From the NCBI GenBank assembly GCA_052327205.1, contig CM126228.1, positions 31,248,001 to 31,312,000 of the forward strand: DNA of 64,000 nucleotides, written 5' to 3'. Both the position numbers and the translations under genes were made by a program. Numbering within the stretch: the first letter of the stretch is position 1; each line of letters opens with the position of its first letter. Shown here one piece after another: positions 1 through 13,423 of this stretch. A model generated the notes under the pieces. That model had not been told where the DNA came from. It was given only the letters and a program-made list of their open reading frames with translations, and did not search any database. This stretch comes from Somniosus microcephalus (taxonomy: Eukaryota).

Positions 1-3000
1 CGAGAATGTTGTTTGTCTTGTGAAATTAAAAGTGACATTTCAGCATCAAAATCTCTTAAATGTAATAAGTGAAGTCGTACCACGGATTCGTCCGAGGTCC
101 TGATAAATAAACCAGGAAAAGGCGAAAATGCTAATCAATGAAACTATGTTTTCTCCACGACGTTTAGGGAAATGATAGATTGTAATTGAAAAGAGCTGAT
201 ATAACAGTGAGCACCAATCTAACCGTCCCAAACGGGTATCAGGCAATAAACTCTGAGCGTATGCACCATTACAACCTACGATTAAACTTTTGAATGTGTC
301 GCATTGAGTTAAATGTAAGGAGTAATCAAAAGACTTTTCTCTTTTTTTTGGAAAAAGTGAGAAAAACTAATTCGCATATAACTCTTTTACACGTTAAAAT
401 GGGGGGGGGGGGTGCAATTTGGAGCCAACGGTGCTGACTGATTACTTTTGATCATTACAATTAAATTATATGCTATTTAGAAAAAAAGTTAGTGAAGAAG
501 TAAATGCGGGAAATTTATTGTGCAAAATTGATTAAATACTTGTTAACGCGCAAATATAATAGTTTGCACCAAAAATATTTCTTATATTCAAAGTAAATTT
601 GTATTTGCTGCGTTTAACTAAATTGCAGTTATGTTGCAAGGAGGGGGGCCGTTGTCATAAATTAATAATCCATCTACTTGTGATCCTTTATGGTCTGTGT
701 TCTGGACGTAAATTTCATTGAAGCTTATAGCTCTCGGTGAATTTTCTAATTTCCTGTTTCCTTATAATCTTTGCAATTGTCAGGTTGTCACCGTCGCTGC
801 ATCAATATAATAACGTCCAGAGCAAATCAATTTGTTCTTTGCGTTTTGCTCCTTTTTCAAAGGTGATTTCAGGTTATAAAACACGTTGTTTTCTTTACAG
901 ATTTCAAGAAAATGGACAAACGGGGTGTTACATATTTTCTCCGTGAAATTATGTTTCATTCTCGATAATTTTACCTCATTAATGTGCAAAAAAGGTAAAG
1001 TGCTGAGAAAATACATTTAATCATTTTATTGCGTACTTGTTTTAAGTACTATAATTCAATACTGGCGCTATATTTAAATGAATCGTTACAAGGTTTAAAA
1101 GCAAAAATCAAATATATATAAATACAATGTTTTTCATTAAAATAAAGGGAATGGTTTGCCCAAATGCTTTAAAATAATTCAGCAGTGTAACACAATAATT
1201 GTATTTATTATATAATTGTTATCTTGTCAAATGATGTACGTTGCACGTAAACTGTACAGTCCTCCGCTACTTATAATAGAATAAAGTCTTTCGAGAACTA
1301 ATTCGCAACTTTTGGTGCCTTTTATTTCATTTGTAGATGATAAGTATGCGATTATGATTATGGGAGCTTAGTACTTTTTTTTCCTGAAGTTATCTTAAGT
1401 CATTTGTCCTATTGATATATCTTTCAAAAAATCCTTGACGGTAAGGTCAATTGGATGACGGAATGGGAAATCATTTTGCACACTGATGATTAAAACACGA
1501 AAGTTATCATGCAGGTCAGGGGAGGGGTTTCTCTCTCTATATTTTATGGTCAACTGATGTAATGTTCACACTAAAATCTCTACAATAAATGCAACCATGT
1601 TATTTGGAATATTTATGATGTTGACTATTATTAAAATACTCTCCTATTTAAAATACTCTCCTATAAACTCCTATGTACAGCCGAATTACACTCTACCAAC
1701 CTATAGGCGCTGCGTTCTTTGATTTATTGCGTGAAGTTTCTGAACACAGTATGATAACTTGTCCTTGTATTGTTACGCGCTACACAAACGTATTACTTTG
1801 GAGTCCAGTAAAATAGTCTTCACAAAAGAGGCGACGCTGTGAAATAGTCAGTGTCCCCACCAAACGGCTTGTTGTCATCTATATTTTAATGTTGTGCTAA
1901 GGCGATGAAATTGGCTTTATCAAAGAGCATAACTTTGAAATTATGTTTCATTAATAGACGTTGAAGTTTATTTTAACACAATCGGCGGCTGCAATATAAT
2001 AGAAAGTCTTCGTTTAAAAGAGACTTCAACTGTCTTCAAAGCATGCAGCTGGGATACGTCAGAGGTGCTCAGAACATGACGAGTTTCTGCAAAGCACCTG
2101 TTGAACAGCATGTTAGACAAGTTCCACTTGTGAATGTAGCTCCATGCACCGTTTTCACTTATATGTATTATTAAGCCTTTTTAATGATTCCACAGCGGTG
2201 CATGTAAAAAAAAGTTTTTTTATTGTTTATTTCACAACTAATTGGTTACGAATCTAAATTTTCCCACTAGTTGGACGCATATTTTTTTGTATTTGGTGCT
2301 ACCTATTATACAACTAACTCCATTCACTTCAAACTAACGCGAAGCACATGTGTAGCAAAAGGCGTGCCATGTCTTTAGAAAGCATTAAACAAACGAATGT
2401 ATATCTGCAATGCAATCGAACCAAATATTTAAGCCACTTATGACGCTCCTGGCATTTATTTGACAGACTACCGTTTGCGTCCCCTACCCCCTTCCCTCTC
2501 CAATTGTCCAAAAAATATACCAGCCACTTTTAAATGTCAACATCGTGGCATAACTGTCAAGATAGACCCTACAAACACATCCTGCTGATTTTGGCGAAAT
2601 TCGAACCTGATCAAAATTCACCTTATCAGTTCAAACATTTTTGCAATAGCCCTCCACAGATGGCAGTGCTACAGGTGCTGGAGACACCGCGTACTCCGCT
2701 GGAGAGGGACAGTTTCAAATGGAGCAGATACAATGAATCCCCCTAAAACGAAATGACATTTAAGGTGAACGTGGAGGAATTATTTCGCCAGGGCCTTTCC
2801 AATCCGAAAAAAAACCCCACGTCGATCAGAATGATTTCATTCTAGCATCGTTTTGTCAGGAATAAACAGAAATGTAACGGATTTATTGTGGCATTGATTT
2901 ACTCTGCAGTCTCTCTTCCCTCATCTCCGTCCCCCAATAGGCGAGCTTACAGGGAATGAATTTGGGAGATTTTTTTCACGGAAAATCTCGCGTTCAAGTG

Positions 3001-4050
3001 AATTGAGACGAGATGTGCAGATCCATTTAGACTTTACCAAAAGTTCATTATATTCTCAAGACTTTAATGACTAGAAACGGGGATTAAAACAGGAAAAGTA
3101 CATATAATGTGAGATGACCACCTCAGCCTTAAGAAAACTAGTTCTTGTAATTTATATCATACAGGATTGCTCCGTATTGCAACAATAAAACTATCGTAGT
3201 AATTCTAACACAAATAGATATATATCAATACATTTTCTGAACCCGACAGGTCTCTATAGTTTATAGTAGATCTGACACAAATTACGTGTTACATTATAAT
3301 GCGAATTCCCCAGCCCTTCAGAATAGAAAATGTATGGAAATATCATCGGATTCCACAAATCGAAATAATTGTCTAAATGTCAAGCAATTCATACGATTTA
3401 TAATGCTACACCAAAAAACACTTAAAACTAAGAGTAATTTATACCGAAGATCAGTGTTCACTAAGATTTGAGTCCTTGCGCTGCACGATTCACACTTATA
3501 ATAATTTTCATCGAATTTGAAAAGCGGGTATTTGAGCAAATTGTCCAACCTTGATGCGATAACTGTCAAAAGTTCGCATCAAAGACACAACATTATTCAG
3601 TTACCAGAGAAACTGTCTCCCCAGATAAGAATATCTTAATTACTGCGACACAAAGGTAACGATTGTAAAAAAAAAAAAATAGATTTGAAAAGGGAGTCTT
3701 TCGGCCTATTTCTTTGATGGATTTCTAGATCGGATCACGATGAAGTTCTCAATCAGGGAACCCTGAAGTTCGCTGAACTCGGTAGCTATAAGTAAACAAG
3801 TTGTCAGATTGGAATAATCTCTCTTCTTTGGGTTCTGAGAAAATTTCGGCCTCACATTCTTAGATTTACTTTCTCCTCGAGCCGATAGTGGCGTACTTCG
3901 TGCCTTGGACAATAATGTGGCAATTGTTAAAGTTTTGTGACCCATAAAATTTCGGGGTTAGTATTCTGGCTATGGCATGTAATTATGCAAAACACTTTCC
4001 ATAAAGACTTGCCATTGGATCTAATGACATAGTCTACGGTCCAAAACTCT

Positions 4051-4097
4051 GTGTGTGTGTGTTTGGGGGGGGGGGGGGGGGGGTGGTGGTGGTGGTA
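4051..4097. repeat. Compound microsatellite: (GT)n, poly-G, (GGT)n
   Basis: gtgtgtgtgtgt, then a long G run, then (tgg)n; this explains the poly-G/poly-P ORFs in the track. Confidence 0.95.
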
Positions 4098-7000
4098 ATT
4101 GCACCCAAATACTATACAGGCACAAACCAACTCTACCCAGAAAGTTACGAACCACAGCGAAGGTGCCAACACTCAGTTTTCCTGCTGGTTTTTTAAAAGT
4201 GCATGTTCTACACACAGTCTGTAGAAATATGTATCTCAGAGCAATCGCTACTTATCTTGATTTAATGACATTTATTGATAGCTATGAGAGATCCAGCGAG
4301 TTGCATGCATCTCTCTAGGCTGACGGGAAATAGACAAGTGCATTGTGAAAGGGAGCGAATAGTTGGGATTGAATGAGTTGAAGAAATGCATTTGTACAAC
4401 ATATGAGGAAGCAATAATCAGGAAATCAAAGGGGAGCTCTGACAAGCAACAGAAACAACACTGGAAATCACGGATTAATTAGAAGAACTTTATTTCATCA
4501 TCAAGGCAGAAACCCAATGCTAAATTGTTAGCTGACACATTGAGAAACCGAGTATAGCTGATTGGCAATACAGAAAAAAAGCATTCCAGCATTTTAAAAG
4601 GTCTTATTATAATTATCCAAACAGTGACAAATAAACACAGACATGGTCTTACTTTCAGTACTTTGCGATCGATTTTCTATTTTACTGTTTCATCATCTTT
4701 CTCCCCTGAAGGAAGGAATTACACGGCTTCTGCAGCGTTTGGTGCAGGGATTTATTGATCAAAAATGATCAGGTTGTTAGAACGCAGGTTTTGGAATTCA
4801 GATATCAGAGGAAGCGGCTCTGCAGCATTTAATGATGAGGGAAAGTTAGCCAAACTTTTAGCTCAGTAGGTTACATTAAGTAAATATTTAACTTATTAAA
4901 TACGTTTATATCATTCAATCATATATATAGGATTATTTACGATTCTATATCGTGTGTTTATTATTATATATATATGTTAGCATGTGAGAATTCTGCTTGA
5001 AACATCACTTGTTACTGTGTAACATTTACGGATGCACACTCTGCGACTGAAACTTTTAACCTGTCTTATGAAACTTCCCTTCTATCAAGTGATTTGGTCG
5101 CATCTTATTTAACCAAACACGATTAAAGTGAAATCCAATGGATAATACGTCATTTTCCAGGTCTGGTCTTCTTTCGATTGCGTGGTGACGTCTCCTCTAA
5201 TTTCAATCTGTACTTCAGATAATGATTTTTCAGAGTTGCGACATGCTAAAGGTTTGCCCCACACAGGAACGGCGCTGTATGGATATTCAATATAGACGCA
5301 AATCTAAAGATATTTTGTAGCGAATGAAATACTGCCAGGGACAGAGAGGGGGGAGAGAGAGAGACAGGCTGTCAGGGGTCAGGCAGCCGGAGATTGCTTC
5401 TTGAGATCTTTCAAATTTCACACGTTTGAAGGCTTATGGGCTTACTGATTCGCATTTCAAAACAAGATCAGTGGATTCATAATCAAAAAATTGAGGTCTG
5501 TAACTGGACTGCATTTTGATGCACAGAGATGTCTTGCAGGGTGAGTGAATTTGGAAAGCACTGTTCTGACACGTCTCTGATCGCTGGGATGACGGGTCTC
5601 TTTGAGAAAAGAGGAGATTGCTGTCTGTCTTGTTGCCTCTCTGCCTTCAAAGCCCGAGTTAGCGGAAATTGTGAATCAAATTAAGTGGCGGACCAAAATA
5701 AAAAAGCCATATCAAAGTTTTCTTTTAAGCACGTGTTGCTTATGAGAGTGGTCGCGTGATTTTCCCTTTGTTTTTTTAAATTTCCACTGGTTTACACACT
5801 GAGAAAAAGGAATGCATGCAGTGAAAGTCACAACACGGGAATCCAGTACAGTTCCAGACAAGTCGGTGGCCAGTGACGTTTAGAGAAACATGTTTGTTTT
5901 CAACATGGCTTTAAGCAGGCTAAATCAATGACGTCACCTGTAGGCATCAGTTCCAAGCAAAGTTTGATACAACAGTCAAAGACCCAAATAATTATACCAG
6001 GAATATTAAAAGTGAATGTCCTCTGCCAAGTTACAATATTAATATTACCTTATAATAAAAGCAAAGATCATTAAAATTCTGCAAATCTATGATGCCAAAT
6101 ACTATCATTTGCCAATTTTATCGAAAATATTGCTTATATAATAATAGTCGGCAATATTTTTACCAATAAAGGCAAAGTTTAAAACTGCAGAATCTGAAAT
6201 GGCTTACTTATACAAAAGGAAGATTGCCTTGAGCCGTTGCAAGCGTTTGCCATTTGTTTTAACATTCACCATTCTGCAAATACAAGTTTCATATAAAATT
6301 ATCATTTTAAAGTTATGCAATTTTGGGCATTAGTTAATCTCCTGTACATCACTCTTTGTGATGGGCATCTAGAATATTGTTATTACAATTATAATGAGTT
6401 AACGTTAAAAAAAAAATATGGGGCGTGTTTACAGATATGAAGGATTTAATCACGCTTCACAGAATATATGTGGGCGTTTTCTTCACGAAATAAACTAACG
6501 ATGCGTTTTGGGAAAAGGAAAAAAATCGAGATTCATTTTCTTAATTAGCACTAGGTCACAAGTCAAATAAGTTGGAAAAATTTCGATTTACACCAAAGTC
6601 TCTTTTTGTGACATTTTGTGTGGTTTGATGATACTGTAACTGAGGTGCCAGTAGGTAGATACAAGAGTGAGGACCTCAGTATAAACCCCTTTTCAGTTGG
6701 TTTATTAGTTGTATTGTTTGTACTTTTGCAAATCAATAAAAGTGTGAATAGATTTACACCCCATCCTTGTGTTGCAAGAGAAACTTAGTTGAAATAGACA
6801 GATTTTTAAATAAAAGAAATACAAATGAAATTTGAAAGTTGAAGAGAAAAAGATCAGATAATGAAAAGGGAGTGGAACAATAAAGGTAAAATAAAATAAA
6901 GCAATTTGAGATAGAGATAAACCAAGGATAAGAAAGTGAGACCAATGAACATTGGATATTAAAATGAGTGTAAACTGTAAGAACAGAGTGAGAAACTATT

Positions 7001-10000
7001 GAAAACCGGGCAATGAAACCAGCTGAACGAGAAAAATGTGTTAGAATGTGTAGCACAATAAACAAGAAGAACAGAAACAGGAGGGACAAAGAATTTACCC
7101 AATAAGCAAAAATGGAGGGGAGGGGAATACTTGGCAGAGGAAAGAAAGTGCGAATCCGAGAAAAGTAAGATAGAAGGGATGGAGATAAAGCCCAGCTCTG
7201 ATTGATGACCAGTTTTTGTAGCTGACATCACCATTAAATTATTGCCCAGTATCCTAGTTGTGTTGTCTGTGGCGAACCTCTACCACAAGCTGTTTAATTT
7301 TTTTCTAATAGTCTCACGCCTGGCTGCCTTTAGCGGTTCGCTATTAATCAGCAAGAGGCTACACATTCAGCAAGAAACGCATTTCCCCTGCACGTGTTTG
7401 ACAGTGCAGGATAGCCTGCACTCAACCATTTATACAACAAATTATTCTTATCAGCCACACTTTCTATTTCAACTAAACTTCACGCGCAAAACATGCTGCT
7501 TTGGAGTTCAAAGAATAAACAGCGTGATCAGAGGGGGGAAACACAAATAGGTCTGTCTGTCTCGTTTTTATATTAAAAATCATAGCCAACCAATGCCCCG
7601 AGTCTGAAGCAAACGGGGCGTATTTATTTAATGTAACCTCGGTGATATTAGTTCACTTGAATTCACCTCGAATAGAAAGTGCTCTCTACTCTCAGACTGG
7701 CACGCTGTGTGTTTTTTTACAGTACTTTAACCCTTCTAATTTTCTATTGAATTGTCCACACGGCTAGCATATTCAAAGGAGTAATTGCAAAGGTGTTTTT
7801 TGCAGGGTGCATACAATTTCACGGTGTATACCAGCAGCATATACCCTCTCATGGATGGCAAGAGTTAAATATTAATTGAAATGTTCTCCAACCGAGACAT
7901 GGCGTCTTTTTTGAAATCCACCCTTTTATTTGTTCCTGTGTCTGTGTTTCAGATCAGTGCTGTTGAATTACCCTGAAATGGCCCAGTGGGATTGACATTC
8001 CCTTTTCAGGTGAATCAGATGATAACTTTTACTGTGCTAATTACATCCCTAAGAGCCCCCAAATATGGACTCAGTCATGTTCTTAAGTGACAACTCTTTT
8101 GGAAGTTGCCAGTCTACGACGCGAATGTCAGAATTGATCATTAATGTAATTTTTTTAGCGAATATTTTGTATTCTTTGAATTCGATTTGTTCCAACGGTA
8201 ATAAAGTTGGGATTGCTCAGGGGAGCGGAGAATTAACTCTCCACTTAAATGGTAGTTCATTAATGTGTTAAAGAAGACAACAAATTATAAGGAGATTGGT
8301 TTTAGGATTCCGTATTTTTCTGTTTATTCAGATGTCACATTTCCAAACTTACAATGCCAGGATCGCATCACAGTTAGATATAATAGCATATTTTCAGATT
8401 CGCTTAACTCCAGTGTTGGACCAGTTAACTGCCGATTTTGCATCGATTGGACACAGAATATACAGTTTACTGCGATTTGAGAGCGATTTGGTTTTAACAG
8501 AAGAGGTACTAGACCATCTCGAGGACCTGGCATTGCACTGATTGGACTTTGTACCGGCTGCAGTATAACTTCCACCGTAAATGAAGACACGGTCCTTATC
8601 ATCTACAATTCGGTCATATTAAAATGTATTTGATTAGCCAGCAATACGAATCTCTTTCTCTGAAATGAGCAGAAAGTCTGCGGCGGGTTAATATTTCCTA
8701 GACGGGGGGGAAAAAAATCAAAAAAAATAAAGGGAGGGACAACAGGGAGTGTGGCACATCGTCCAAGAAATCTAAGAGATATAAATCGAGGTAAAATAAT
8801 TAAAAGCGCAATAAATGCCACAGAGGGAGATCAAGGCGAGAAGATGAGAAGGAACAGAACAGGAGAATTAACATATCTCCAATAACAACAAGAAATAAGG
8901 GCAACAATGTATACATTTATTCGCCTCCAGCACAACAAATGAAAAGTAAATGCCTCACCACAGCAGACAGCGAGCTTAATAGGACCCGTCCAATCAAAAG
9001 TGTAACATACACCTTGATGTTTCTACTTCATTACATCCCTGGCTTATTTGGTTATTTAACACAATTAACCCCAAACCAACCAGCTGACAGAAAAAATGTC
9101 ACCTAGTGTTATCCGATAAATTTGAATGGCATCAAATTTGTATTCTCCAAAATTCCCTGAAAAGTGAGTCCTTTTTAGTCTTAAAATTAAACCTATCCAA
9201 TCAAACCTGTAGTCCGACACCTTGTTGGCAGGTTAGCATCCCTACTGATCCCGATTAGTAACAGGCTGTCATATCTGGCTCAACTTTTGTTTTGAACTAG
9301 AATGAAGGCAGGTTTTTGGTGGTATATTGGTCGTGTCCCCTCCCCACAGTTTCGGTTTGTTTTACTGGAGCTCTTTGACCATGTTCAGCCCAGTTTGTCG
9401 ACAGTCGATGAACATGACATCTGGGGGAAATGAAGAACATTGTTGCAAAAGGCATCATATAATGTCACACATTTCGAGAGTAATTGCGCTGGAGGATTGG
9501 AGATCCCACATTCACAAATTATGGTGTAGCCCCTGTAATTTGATTGTATCTATTATACATAATTCATAATGTATGCCGTATGGAGGTTATATATGACCAG
9601 GCAACCTGCCATTCTTACCAATACCAGATGCATCAGGCTCAGCATGAAGATTTCAGCTGTCAATAGTTGTAACACTTGCATTAACTAAATCATGATCAGC
9701 CTACCAACCGTAACATATTAATTATAAGTGTGTTACTTCACTTCTGTGCGACTTGTTAGGAAAGAATTCAGAAGGTTTGTACGGTAACGCCAACGCAAGC
9801 TAAAAACCCGCCTTAAATATATGAATATTCACGAGTTGCAGGGCTTTGATTGAAATGTCAGTGCAGTCAACTGACATCCAGCCAAGGCTGAAGCGAGTTT
9901 GGCTATTGTCAAGAGTTTGTAAGGTTAAAGACAACGACGGTCCAATTCTAGTTTGTAACAAAGTTTCATGCAATGGTTGATTCAAATACAAATTAAAGCG

Positions 10001-10869
10001 GGGAAGTGGGCGAGATCCCTGCTCCACAGTCACTGAAACAAGGCGTACTTTGGTAGAGATGAAACTAGGAACTATAAAGAATAAAAATGCACAAGATAAA
10101 AATGCAGTTGGTTATCGAAGATGTGACATGCAGAATCACTGGGCGCCAGATATTATTTGCTAAACCCGTTTAATGTTTTGAAACTAGTCGCCGCGAATAC
10201 CTCTGAGAGCGGACAAGGTTCTGCTACCCCGGCCCTTAAGGTTCCGTTGGTAATTTGATTAGAAAGGAAATGCTAATATAGAACTGCCGGAGAGCTAGAA
10301 ATGGCTAATTTTGTGTACTTGGCGAAGTTCCAAATTGCCAGTGACATTTGACACACCTACACAGGTGAGCGGGTTTCGAAAACCGCGAGGCGAAATCGCA
10401 TAGGTGTAAGTAATTCCTCCAGCCTTCCTGTGCCGATTTCATGATGTTACCTGATGTGCAAGAAGTAGTTTTATATGAGCCAAACATTTCATAAAATAAA
10501 ACACATAACATTCTTGGTGAAGATATAACAAAGAACAAAGGGGGTTTTAAAGCTGGATTTCTATTCAGAAGTACTATCTGGGGTGGAACAGGTGCAGCTC
10601 GCAGGTTAGAGTTATACCGAGATCAATAGCGAAGGAACTGGGTGCCTGTGCATAGCTTCGCCCTTTGAGGGATATTTTATTGTGGGCGAGTTTGCTTTCT
10701 CTTAGTCTTTATAACTTTGAAAACATCAAGTTTCCAGAGATCCGCGGGGCTGACAGAACAGATTTAAAATGCGGCATTTTTCTTGGTGAAAGTTATATTG
10801 CAATCCCTGGGAACTGAGACAGGTTGCTGGAGGGGATCGTTCATCTTCTGGCTTTATATAATAAGAGCA

Positions 10870-10972
10870 CTTACATTTCTATAGCTAATTGTTGCATGAC
10901 AACATCTCGAAGCACTTCACGCGAAGAATTACTTCTGAAGTGTAGTGACTGTTGTTATGTATGAAAACATAT
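10870..10972 (-). mobile_element. Degenerate 3' tail fragment of a DeuSINE/L2-type repeat
   Basis: The reverse complement resembles the tail of the SINE copies at 45480-45585 and 63890-63985 (acaacagtgactacacttca...gctatataaatgcaag). Confidence 0.55.
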
Positions 10973-11934
10973 AAGCTTCAGTACACTAGAAAGGCAGATA
11001 GGGACGTGACTCCAGAATGATGCGGCCACTTCTGCACACAATGCACATCCAAAGTAGTTTCAGATCGATGCAAGTGGCTGTATAACTGTACGCTAACGCT
11101 GCAGTCATGCTGCAGCTACCGGTCTCAGACAGCTATCTGTAGAGTGCGATGAACAACTGGCACGCTGGAGTTATATTGCCGACTGTGCCATTGCAGGCTG
11201 CATTGAGGTCCGCTATACAGGAGTTCTGCGCACGTCTTCTTGGACAGCCGGAATTCTGCTCCCTAACTAGTTTATTTTGTAATGTTAGGGGAGTGCATCT
11301 ACTTACCCCTAACATGAAACATTCTGAAGAATACATCTATAAAGTATACAAAAGATCTAACAGACTGCCAAGCCCTTTAAAGATGCAATTTTGCACTGGG
11401 ACGAAGTTATACTGCATCCAGTGCAACATCCAAGCAGTCTGAGTTGCTCCTCTGAAAACCCCCAGTATTATTGTGCCGGGGAGTCAGACCTCACACTTGA
11501 CTTATACCGCACCTTCAAAGGGTTTGGATGCGATGCAAAAGTGGCAGTGTAACTGTACCCTAAGCTGCTGATTAACAATTATATTCTGGATACAAACGTG
11601 GTATTTACTATTTATTTATGCTGAAAATCTCACGACACCATTATAAGTTATCGAAGAGACAAATTAATATTCAAGGATGCATTTTGTGTTTACTGAATAT
11701 GAATACTTCTGCATGAGTGGAAATCACTTATCAAGTTGGAAATGTAGTGTAGAGCTGATAAGTTCTTGAATGGACACAAAAAATGTTTAGTTACATAGAT
11801 CGGAAGAAGTAACAATCGATGACAAAATGTCAGTTATGAGCTTTAGTTAAGCATCTCTAAAGTGTTTTTAGATCGTTATTGGGTTGACAATTCAACACTT
11901 TTAGACGGTTGCTTTACACTCTTCATCCCATGAA

Positions 11935-12740
11935 ACTTGACTTAGTGGTAACATTCTTGTCGGAATGATGGGTTCAAGCCCTACTCCCGGACTTGTGCAG
12001 GTAATTTAGGCTGATAATCCGATGCAGTATTGAGGAACGCAATTTTGTTGGAGGAACAGTCATTATACATTAGACATTAAACTGAGACCCTGTCTGTCTA
12101 TTCGGGTGGATGTAAAAGATCCCATTCACTATTTGAAGAAGAGCAGAGTTTTCCTGGTCACCTGACCAACATTCAGCCCTCAACCAAAACATAGAAACAT
12201 AGAAGAAGATAGGAGCAGGAGTGGGCCATTCGGCCCCTCTAGCCTGCTCCGCCATTTAATGAGACCATGGCTGATCATTCAAATTCAGTACCCTGTCCCT
12301 GCTTTCTCCCCATATCCCTTGATCCCTTTAGCCTTAAGAAATATATCTAACTCCTTCTTGAATATATTTAATGAATTGGCCTCAACTGCCTTCTGTGGTA
12401 GAGAATTCCACAGGTTCACCACTCTCTGTTGAAGAAAGTCCTCCTCATCTCTGTCCTAAATGGCTTACCCCTTATCCTTAGACTGTGACCCCTGGTTCTG
12501 GACTCCCCCGCCATCGGGAACATCCTTCCTGCATCTAGTCTGTCTAGTCCTGTTAGAATTTTATAAGTTTCAATGAGATAACTGGTCATTTGTCTTATTT
12601 GCTGTTTCTGGGACATTGCTGTGCACAAATTGGCTGTGGCATGTATCTCCTTAACAACAGAGCTTACACTTACAATTAATTGACTATGAAGTACATTGGG
12701 ACATACCAAGAATATGAACACAAGTTATTTATTTTTTCTT
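11935..12740 (+). mobile_element. Old SacSINE1/DeuSINE-type tRNA SINE split by a CR1 insertion
   Basis: B-box gggttcaagccc; Deu-domain words gtggatgtaaaagatcccat and gaagaagagcag; the body resumes after 12580 (ctggtcatt...gtgcacaaattggctg). Colinear with the copies at 45161 and 63561. Confidence 0.8.
12187..12579 (-). mobile_element. CR1 LINE 3' fragment inserted in the SINE
   Basis: Minus-strand peptide LIETYKILTGLDRLDAGRMFPMAGESRTRGHSLRIRGKPFRTEMRR matches the CR1 ORF2 C-terminus; (TCTATGTT)n tail at 12187-12203. Confidence 0.9.
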
Positions 12741-13043
12741 TCTTAGTTTTATTTGAGCTAACTTTTTATTGGGCCATATGGAACTGGTTCAAATAAAATA
12801 ATAAAGCTTGCTAGCACAACTTTTTCCACATTCCAAGAATGATGGCTGCCATTCTACTACAGATACCTGCTTTAGCCAGTACCTGTACAGTGCGGTATTC
12901 AGCGACAGAACTAAATTATATTTGCATTGCAGCATACCACACTCTCTTCAACTAGCAGAGAGATCGTGTGCATGTTGGGTAATTATTTTTAATGGGACAG
13001 CGTGGCCCAGAGCTGCTATATTCCCTCGGAGGCGGCAGGGAAT

Positions 13044-13130
13044 CCCCTGTGTATCAAAGGTGGGATAACCCCTGTGTATCAAGGGGTGGGATAGCCCCCA
13101 TGTATTGAGGCACGGAATAGACCCTGTGTA
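13044..13130. repeat. Minisatellite, about 25-bp unit, about 4 copies
   Basis: cccctgtgtatcaaaggtgggataa repeated with decay. Confidence 0.75.
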
Positions 13131-13282
13131 TACCTATCTAACTGTGTTGCCCCCAGTCCACCTCAGATCTTAAGTATGTTAAATATACACAACTTATCCA
13201 TCAATGCACCATATTAACAATACACACCATTACTATACTGGCGTGAAAACCAATACGCTCTATTCTGTTAGGTCAGACAGTT

Positions 13283-13423
13283 TCTGTGGAGAGAAAAACA
13301 AAGTTAATGTTTCAGAAACTCTGTTTCTCTCTCCACAGATGCTGCCTGGCCTGCTGAGTATTTCCAGCATTTTTTGTTTTTATTTCAGATTTCCAGCATC
13401 CGCAGTATTTTGCTTTTGTATTA
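13283..13423. mobile_element. Tiny Penelope-like pLTR insertion with inverted 5' part
   Basis: 13283-13315 is minus-oriented pLTR; 13317-13423 is plus-oriented pLTR (aactctgtttctctctccacagatgctgcctggcctgctgag...gcagtattttgc). Homologous to 34094-34200. Confidence 0.85.

Noticed and set aside
8395-8605. Minus-strand reading DDKDRVFIYGGSY resembling a kelch repeat
   Set aside because: Single short motif, weak acceptor, no further repeats or exons.
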